A stretch of DNA of 64,000 bases from Octopus vulgaris (lineage: Eukaryota): the NCBI GenBank assembly GCA_951406725.2, contig OX597820.1, forward strand, positions 1,054,001 to 1,118,000, in the 5' to 3' direction. Below, piece by piece: positions 55,020 to 64,000 of the stretch (position 1 is its first letter; each line of letters begins with the position of its first letter). Both the position numbers and the translations under genes were made by a program. Below the pieces are notes generated by a model that ran no database searches, was not told the origin of the DNA, and saw only the letters and a program-made list of their open reading frames with translations.

Positions 55020-55808
55020 AGGAAATTCCAGGAGCCCCTACCTCTGCTGGCAACTAAGGGCCTCTTGCTCCGGGTGAAAGGGAGACTGTATGATGCCTGT
55101 GTGTGCCAACTGCCATGCTACACAGCAATGAAACATGGGCCATGAATGCTGAGGGCATGCATAGGCTTGAAAGAAATGAAGCTCGTATGGCAGAGTGTAA
55201 GTTCCCTGAGAGAAAAGTTGGGCATAAGAAGCATCAAATATGGAGTGCAAGAGAGGCAACTGTGCTGGTATGGTCATGTATTACCTATGAATGAAGACAG
55301 CTGTGTGAAGAAGTGCCACTCCCTAACTGCAGAAGGAACCTGTGGAAGAGGTAGACCCACGAAGACATGGGATGAGGTGGTGAAGTATGACCTTCAAATG
55401 TTGAGCCTCACAGAAGCAATGACAGGAGACTGGGACCTTTGGAGATATGCTGTGATTGAGAAGATCCGGCAACTGAAGTGATATCACAGCCACATATGTC
55501 TGGCCCAGTTAAGAATACTCCTGATGTGCAGGTGATATGATATGCATGAGAAGACCTGTTGAGTCAAGTAAAACCAATATCATAGTTGTGATCACTGCCA
55601 GGCCTGCCTGACTGGCTCCCTGTGCCGGTGGCACATAAAAAGCACCCACTACACTTTCGGAATGGTTGGCGTTAGGAAGGGCATCCAGCTGTAGAAACAT
55701 TACCAGATTAGATTGGAGCCTGGTGCAGCCTCCTGGCTTCCCAGGCCCCGGTCGAACTGTCCAACCCATGCCAGCATGGAAAATGGACGTTGAACAATGA
55801 TGATGATG
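55020..55808 (+). mobile_element. 5'-truncated, more diverged RTE LINE in the tetraspanin intron
   Basis: QLCWYGHVL...GRGRPTKTWDEVVK, same 3'UTR, (GAT)n tail. Confidence 0.88.
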
Positions 55809-58800
55809 CAACTGTGGGTTGGTAGGTCAGTGTTTTATTCACCTGGGTATTTCACCTCTGCTGAAGTATTCTTGAAGGAGTGAAGGAAGGAAGGAAGGAA
55901 AAAGAAAAAGAAAAGGGAGGAAGAAGAATACTGGGGAAAGAATTGAAATAAATTTAAGAAGGAAAAAGAATTCAATAAAGTGTTTTTTAAATTATATTCT
56001 AGAAGGTGTAAGAGTGTGTGTGTAGGAAAAGGAAGGAAAAAAAGGTAAAAAGAGAATAACTGGAAGAAACTAAGATAAAAGGAAAAAATAAGTCAAAGAA
56101 AAACAATAAAAAAGATAAAGAAACAGTAAAACAATATTAAGGATTAAGGAGGAGGAGGAATGAAGATTTAGGAGGGGGAGATAAGAATGATAGCCATTGT
56201 ACATTTAAGAAGAAAAAAAAGAGGTTTAGGAATTTGTGTTGATTACGAAAGGTGAAAACTTGCCAAACTTTATCCATGGAAGTCTTCAAATGATGAAAAG
56301 AAAAAGAAAAGAAGGAAAAAAAAAGCCAATTGAGATGATGTTGAGGTTGTAAAGGAGTTCATAGAGTTTGTGAGGATGTGAGTGAAATGTTGTTAAGAGT
56401 GATTTAGCCATAACGAACACCTTCATCATCATCATCATCATCATTTAACATCCACCTTTCTGTGTCTGCATGGGTCAGACGAAATTTGTTGAGGCAGACC
56501 TTTCTACAGCTGGATGCCCTTTCTGTCACCAACCCTTCCCTGTTTCCAAGCAAGGTAATGTTTCCCTGCCATGGCCAGATGTGTTTTCCACAGAAGACTG
56601 GGTACAAACAACACCACTCATATGGTGGTGATGCTCATTTACGACTCGCATGCTAAGTCAAGACAAAGGTGTACACAAACACACACACACACACAATGGG
56701 CTTCCACATAGTTTCCATCAACTAAATTCACTTACGAGGCATTAATTAACCTGGGGCTATACAAGAAGATGCTTTCTCAAGGTGCTGCAAAGTAGGACTG
56801 AACTTGAAACTATGTGGCTTCAAAGTGAGCTTCTTAACCACACAGCCATGCCAGCACCTAGTAGGATATGATTTGAGGGAGATTTGGTTGCAATTTTTAA
56901 CAAATTAAGGGACATCGTCGTCCGCTTTCCATGCTGGGTTGGACGGTTTGACTGAGGACTGGTGAGCCAGAGGCTGCACCAAGCTCAATCTAATCTGCCA
57001 AAGTTTCTACAGCTGGATGCCCATCCTAATGCCAACCACTCCAAAAGTGTAGTGGGTGCTTTTACATGCCACCGGCACGAGGACCACTCAGGTGGTTCTG
57101 GCAACGACCATACTCAAAAGGTGTTTTTAACGTACTACCTGCACAAGAGCCACTCCGGTGGCACTGGCAACGACCACACTCAAATTTTGTCTTTCACGTG
57201 CCACCAGCACATGTGCCAGTAAGGCAACGCTGGCAATGATCATGCTGAAGTGGTGCTTTTTACGTGCCACCGGAATGGGAACCAATCCGTGGCCCTGGCA
57301 ACAATCACACTCGGATGTGCTTCTAACGTTCCACTGGCACAAGTGCCAATCAGGCGGCACTGTCATCGGCCATGTCAGTGATTTTGATGATGATGATGAT
57401 GATGATAAATGACCCTATAGGATTCCTTTGTTGGCTCCTGTTTCATGCAAACCCTTCTTTTTCCTTCCAGTTTGATTTTTAATTACTTGAAATGTTCTCA
57501 TCTATTTTCTTGGTAACTGATTCCAGTTTGTTTCCTGTTTCAGAAAATTGGTTGCTTCTGAAGACCATTCCGTCTTTTCTCAGAATATTGTTGTCTTTTT
57601 CAAAAAAATTCATTTGAATGTCTTCTCGTTAATGATCGCATTTCTTCAATTTCTTGGAATTAAAGATGTCTTTCTTTTCTTTTTGTTGCTCTTTTTTCTT
57701 TGTCATCTTCTTCATTTTCTTCTTTTTCTTCTTCCTCATCGTCTTCATCGCCATCTTCTTCATCTTCTTCCTTATCTCCTTCTTCGTATTCTTCTTCTTC
57801 AATGACCTCCTCTTTGTTGTCTTCTTCCTCTCCTTGTTTTATGTTCAAACCGGCCTCATCAGGCTTCTCACACCTACCCTACAATGTCATTCTAAAAATA
57901 AACAGTCACATCATCAAAATCTCAAAGCTAAAAGATAATGCGTGATTAATTCAAAACATGGTTTGCTGTGCTTGAGAAGACGCATGGCGCTAAGTAAAAT
58001 CATGGCCACCCATACTTACAGTTTGTCCTTTATGGCCATGGACCCCCCCCACTCCCTCTTCCAGCCAAGAGGTCCTTGTCTTGTGGGCTCATGCCATGTA
58101 AAAGCACCCATGTAGGTGCCACATAAAAGCACACGTGCTAGTGTCACATATGAAATACCTGTGCTGGTGCCACATAAGAAGCACCCATGTAGGTGCCATT
58201 TAAAAGCACCCATGTTAGTGTCACATATGAAACCTCTGTGCTAGTGGCACATAAAAGCACTTGTGCCATGTAGAAGGCACCCATGCTGCTGCCATGTAAA
58301 AGCACATGTCCTGGTGCCACATGGTGCACCATAGAGGTTCCATGTAAGAGCACCCATGTTAGTACCACATGAAATTCCTGTACCGGTACCACGTAAAAAG
58401 CACCCAGTGCCACGCTGTAAAGTGGTTGATGTTAGGAAGGGCATCCAAACACAGAAACCATGCCAAGGCAGACAACTGGAGCCTGGTGCAGCCTTCCAGC
58501 CATGCCAGTTCCCTGTCAAATCATCCAACCCATGCCAGCAGGGAAAAACAGACGATGATGATGACGATAATGAATGTTTATAAGATTTTCATTTGACAGA
58601 ATAAATTGAACGCAAAAGGGTTAAGGCTCTCGTCTGGACAATTTTGTGAGTTCATCGGTAGAGAAATGGTTTATTGATGAGTCAACAGAGAAAACTACTT
58701 CATTGCTGCTCTATAACAATTACAAAGTCAGCTTTATAGTTTAAGCAAACAAATGAATAAAATGCCTGCTCTGCTATTTTCCACACTCCACAGCTTATTG

Positions 58801-60203
58801 CAGCGATGCAATGAACTGCAGTGGTTTGGAAGTCCTCCAATTAGGGTCGGTAAATTCGTTTAGTTTTGTGCTGGAGATTTATTACATTGGAACTTGAGTT
58901 AAAGTTTGATTTAACTCGAGTGAATTAGAGTTTAAGATTTCGATTGTTTAGCAAACTGGGCAACTGGAATTTATTTTATCCTGATTGGAATTTCTTCCTG
59001 TCAAATGTAATTAAGTCGCATGTTCTGCTCTCTAAATTTGACATCGTTATTTAACATCCACTATTCCATGCTTGCACGATGCAAATGGAATTTGCTGAGG
59101 CAGATTTTATATATATATCATCATCATCATCATCATTTAGCGTCCGCTTTCCATGCTAGCATGGGTTGGACGGTTCAACTGGGGTCTGGGAAGCCAGAAG
59201 GCTGCACCAGGCTCCAGTCTTATCTGGCAATGTTTCTACAGCTGGATGCCCTTCCTAACGCCAACCACTCTGTGAGTGTAGTAGGTGCTTTTTACATGCC
59301 ACCGGCACAGGAGCCAGACGAGTCTGGCAAACGGCCATGGACCGATGGTGATTTTTACGTGCCACCGGCACGGGGGCCAGGCGAGGCTGGCAACAGCCAT
59401 GATTGGATGGTGCTTTTTACGTGCCACTGGCATATATATATATATGATAGGCTTCTTCCAGTTTCCATGTACCAAATTCACTCACAAGGTTTTATCAACC
59501 TGAAACTATAGCAAAATGTCACAGGGTGAGATTGAACCTGAGATGACATGGTTAGGAAGCAAGCATCTTAACCATACAACCAAGCCTGGCATAAACAACT
59601 TATGAAGAGTCTGTTACATTCCAAGACAAAAAAACTGGTTGAGATATATTTTATGACACTAGAAATCATTTGAAATCCTTTCTATTGTGTGTGTGTGTGT
59701 GTCTGTGTGTGTAGCCTTGTCTTTACATCATGGGATGGTTGTAAACAAGCATCACTGTCATACAAGTGAGGTCGTTCATTTCCAATTTTCCCATGTCTGG
59801 TCATGGGGAAATGTTACCTTGCTTGGAAACTGTGAACATTGGTGAGAGGAAGGACATCTGGCTGTAGAAGATCTATCCCAACAAATTCCGCTTGACCCAA
59901 GCAAGCATGGAAAAGTGGAGATTAAACTCACCAAGGCAGTGCCCCAGCATGGCCACAGTCCAGTAACTGAAATAAGATAAGGTGTTTTATTCTTGGATGA
60001 GTTTAAATAAATATTCTGAGTTCAAATCCAGTCAGAAACCCTGTACACATCCAGGCGTAAGGCATCTGATTCTAATTAAAGACCAAGCTTGTCAAAACCT
60101 AATGTAAATAATTATTTTCTCTCTAAAAAGGAAATTAATTGTGAAATCAATTATAATTTTGTAATGACATCGACCGTTATTGGTTTTATTTTTATACTTG
60201 CAG

Positions 60204-60410
60204 TTGTCCGGAGTGGCCATCCTTGGGGTCGGAGTATGGATGGTTGTTGACCCCAACATCGTAAACCGGTTTGAGATAACGGTGGAAACGGAAGACCCGT
60301 ACTTCAGGACATCCTCCTACATCTTAATAGCGTTTGGTGTATTTGTTTTCCTGGTTGGATTCTGTGGATGCTGTGGGGCAATCCGGAAGAGCAAGTGTCT
60401 CCTTGGATTC
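60204..60410 (+). CDS. Tetraspanin, second coding exon (rest of TM1, small extracellular loop, TM2, intracellular loop, start of TM3); gene continues beyond the window
   Basis: Acceptor ttttatacttgcAG ends at 60203, donor TTC|GTAAGT at 60411, 207 nt, phase 0/0. It encodes LSGVAILGVGVW...GFCGCCGAIRKSKCLLGF with the GCCGA motif and joins exon 1 in frame. Confidence 0.96.
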
Positions 60411-60520
60411 GTAAGTCATTGCTAGTTTATCTTCCTTCTTTTCTTCTTATATCAATCTCTCTCTCTCTTCTTCTTTGTACATCCAAGAAAGCAGCAGAGT
60501 TGCTCAACTCTTTAATATAG

Positions 60521-60812
60521 CAGTGCTTAACCCTTTCTTATCTAAGGACCCTTTTGGTTCCTATTTTACTCAGGTGAACCCTCATAGTTATTTGATGTTT
60601 AAAATAATCCTATTATATTTTTATAAATAAAAATTATTAGAAATTCCATTAAAAAACTGTCAAAATATTTTGTGCATCGTAGAAGTATAACAAATTTATT
60701 GTAGATATATTTTAACAACAAAATCTTATATGGATCCACCCCCACTCACCAAGGGCCATGTGGACCCCCCACTACCACCAAGGACCATATGGACCCTGAC
60801 TGAGAGCCACTG
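60521..60812. mobile_element. Decayed hAT-Charlie-like MITE
   Basis: Ends CAGTG...CCACTG with subterminal GGACCC repeats; no clean TSD. Confidence 0.5.
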
Positions 60813-60907
60813 CTTTAGAATTTAAACCAACCATATCAAGCCAAAATATATTCTACTTGTGTCCAAACTGGTCAGAGCCGTCTTCTCAGAGCTATGATAG
60901 GATGGAT

Positions 60908-61291
60908 TCTTTTACTTGTTTCAGTCATTTTGACTGTGGCCATGCTGGAACACCGCATTTAGTCGAGCAAGTCAACCCCAGGACTCAGTCTTTGTGAGCC
61001 TAGTACTTATTCTAATGGTCTCTGTTGCCGAACCGCTAAGTTATGGGGACGTTAGCACACCAGCTTCGGTTGTCAAGTGACATTGGTGGGGACAAACACA
61101 CACACACACACATATGTATGTATACATATATACGACGGGCTTCTTTCAGTTTCCGTCTACCAAATCCACTCACAAGGATTTGGTCAGCCCGAGGCTATAG
61201 TAGAAGACACTTGCCCCCAAGGTGCCATGCAGTGGGGCGGAACCTGGAACCATGTGGTTGGTAAACAAGCTAGTTACCACACAGCCACTCC
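60908..61291 (-). mobile_element. SINE family A
   Basis: Full-length reverse-complement match. Confidence 0.88.
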
Positions 61292-61544
61292 TTTGAATGA
61301 TGAATCGAAAACAATACACATGAATAAATTACATTCGACAGAGTAATCTGAATACTGAAGACATTTTCTTGGAGATCAGAACTAGTAGAGGGTGGACCGG
61401 AATTCATGACTCCCTTGTCAGTTATATTTATTGAAATATCAATATTCACTAATACGCATATTAAGAAATAAATAATAAATTTAAACAATACAATAACAAT
61501 AAAATAACCATATTAAGAAATATAATTAATTAGTGAGTCATGGA

Positions 61545-61998
61545 AAGGTGGGGGGAGCTGGTAGAAACATGAGCACGCTGGGAAAGACGCTTAGTGGGAG
61601 TTTGTCTGTCTTTACATTCTGAATTCAAATTCCGCCGAGGTCAACTTTGCCGTTCATCTTTTCAGGATCGATAAATGAAGTACCAGTTACGTACTGGGGT
61701 CAATCTAATTGACTGCCCCTGCTCCCCAAATATTTTGGGCCTTGTGCTTAGAGTAGGAAAGAATATTTGGGCTTGGATAAGGCGGGGGGAGCTGGCAGAA
61801 ACGTTAGCACGCCAGGGGAGCTGCTCAGTGGGATTTCATCTGTCTTTACGTTCTGAGTTCAAATTCTGCTGAGGTCAACTTTGCCTTTCCTCCTTTCGGG
61901 ATTGATAGATTAAGTACCAGTTGTGTACTGGGGTTGATCTAATCGACTGTCCTCACTCCCCCAAAATCTTGGGCCTTGTTCCTAGAGTAGAAAAGAAT
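61545..61998 (+). mobile_element. Two tandem SINE family B copies
   Basis: Heads at ~61545 and ~61781. Confidence 0.85.
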
Positions 61999-62139
61999 AA
62001 GTGAGTCATGAATCTGGCTCACCCTGAAGATGAGGTTTTTACATTTAGCCTTCGCTGTGAACCAGTGATTAACCTACCAGGAAACTACAACTAATGATGC
62101 TGTTGTTCACAGATACATGGATATTACTGTTTCAATGTC

Positions 62140-62380
62140 CTAAGGACTCATGGGGCCTGGAACCCAGCTTCCCTGGCATATAAGTGACCAAGATCACAAC
62201 ATCACCCTTGAATGGAAGGTCAGTTCATTGCAGGGTCACTCATTTTTGCCAGATGAGTGGACTGGAGCAATGAAGAGTTTTGCTCAAGAACACAATGCAT
62301 TGCCCAGTCCAGGAATTGAAACCACCATCTTATGATCAGGAGTGCAACACCCTCACCACTAAGCCATGTGCGTTCACCAC
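62140..62380 (-). mobile_element. SINE family C (tRNA-like head); relatives at ~21265, 33030, 34480, 35780 (-) and 17300 (+)
   Basis: gagtggactggagcaa...gctcaagaacacaa...accactaagcca recurs; the minus-strand head has A/B-box-like motifs. Confidence 0.75.
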
Positions 62381-62404
62381 AAAATATCATATGACAGAGA
62401 TAAT

Positions 62405-62905
62405 CCTTTCTACTAAAGGCACAAGGCCTGAAAGTTTGGGGGAGGGGTTAGGTTGACTACATCGACCCCAGTATGCAACTGGTACTTGATTTATCAACCC
62501 GAAAAGATGAAAGTCAAAGTCGACCTCAGCGGAATTTGAACTCAGAACGTAGTGGCAGACGAAATACCGCTAAGCCTTTCACCTGGCATGCTAATGTTTC
62601 TGCAAGCTCACCTTGTTAAAATAATTATTAATTAACTATGTGTTTAATTAATAATATGATGAGGGGATCACTGCCTCTGTTATTCCAATAATCTTTTCTA
62701 CTCTAGGCACAAGGCCCAAAATTTGGTGGGGAGGGGTCCAGTCGATAAGATCAACCTCAGTACACAACTGGTACTTAATTTATTGACACCGAAAGGATGA
62801 AAGGCAAAGTTGACCTTGGCAGAATTTGAACTCAGAACGTAAAGCCCGATGAAATACTGCTAAGCATTTTTCCCGGCATGCTAACGGTTCTGCCATCTTG
62901 CCACC
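62405..62905 (-). mobile_element. Two SINE family B copies
   Basis: Reverse-complement matches at 62405-62615 and 62692-62905. Confidence 0.85.
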
Positions 62906-63296
62906 TGAAATATCTGACTCAGATAATAAAATGCTAAAAACCTTTCATGGAAAAACAAAAAGGCTGAGGGTTAAGGTTAAATGTGTAAATCCCTGTTTGT
63001 TGCAGAACACAGACGTAAGTAAATGAGTTGGAGAAGGGTGTGCAGTTAATGCGAATGTCATTCCAAAATAGCAAGAACTGCAGCTACATGTTGGCTTGGG
63101 TTCAATTCCAGTGCATGGCACCTTCGGCAAGTGCCATCTACTAGGGCACCAGGCTGACCAAAGCCTTGTGAGCGGGTTTGGTACAGAGAAACAGAGAGAA
63201 GCCTATTGTACGTGTGTGTGTGTATTGACATAAGATGATGGTTGTTGCATACTGGGATCAATCCAATCGACTGCCCCCACCTCCCCAAAACTTACG

Positions 63297-63423
63297 ACAT
63301 GGTTCCAGGTTCAGTCCCACTGCCTCGCACCTTGGGCAAGTGTTTTCTACTATAGCCTCGGGCTGACCAAAGCCTTTTGAGTGGATTTGGTAGAGAGAAA
63401 CTGAAAGAAGCCCATCAAATATA

Positions 63424-63495
<72 letters not shown>

Positions 63496-63509
63496 TGTAT
63501 GTATGTATG

Positions 63510-63543
<34 letters not shown>

Positions 63544-63788
63544 TGTATGTATGCATGCATGCATGCATGCATGTATGTATGTGTTTGTGTGTCTGTTTTT
63601 CTTCCCCTCACCATCACTTGACAACCATTGCTGGTGTGTTTATGTCCCCCATCGCTTAGCGGTTCGGCAAAACAGACCAATAGAATAAGTACTAGGCTTA
63701 CAAAGAATAAGTCCTGGGGTCGATTTGCTCGACTAAAGCTGGTGCTCCAGCATGGTCGCAGTCAAATGACTGAAACAAGTAAAAGAGT
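63297..63788 (+). mobile_element. SINE family A; further copies at ~8790, 9965, 11095, 15390, 18660, 23494, 36095 and 42079
   Basis: Family match with an expanded internal microsatellite. Confidence 0.87.
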
Positions 63789-64000
63789 AAATGCAGCAAG
63801 CTGGCAATCATCGTTAGCCTGTCTTCGTTAGCAGGTCAGACAAAATGCTTCATGGGATTTCTTGCCACTCTTTATATTTATTTCTTCATTGCCCACAAGG
63901 GGTTAAACACAGAGGAATCAAACAAGGACAGACAAAGGGATTAGGTCGAGTACATCAACCCCAGTATGTAACTGGTACTTATTTAATCAACCCCAAGAGG

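Noticed and set aside
57660-57848. Acidic E/D-rich ORF on the minus strand
   Set aside because: Degenerate (GAA/GAT)n low complexity; no domain or convincing splice sites.
62024-62090. CTGAAGA...GAAAC as a hammerhead
   Set aside because: Stem II register is poor and no stem III or UH triplet follows.

Overview
Repeat-saturated, AT-rich eukaryotic DNA. The SINE, RTE and microsatellite make-up suggests an octopus/coleoid cephalopod; this is an inference, not a database result. The only supported host gene is the 5' part of a + strand tetraspanin: coding exons 46256-46315 and 60204-60410, separated by a 13.9 kb GT-AG intron, with the rest of the gene beyond the window. The remainder is microsatellite (including a ~1.8 kb (TA)n), three tRNA-like SINE families, 5'-truncated RTE LINEs and their (GAT)n tails, a dead CR1-type RT fragment, and hAT and mariner MITEs. 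Almost all ORFs in the supplied track are microsatellite or repeat artefacts. The most interesting signal is a set of short elements beside (TA)n/(TG)n tracts. They carry hammerhead-ribozyme-shaped motifs, one with an intact catalytic core and a palindromic stem III at 2771-2824, and/or form long fold-back hairpins, consistent with a Penelope-like or retrozyme-like system. Repeat boundaries were read by eye and are approximate.
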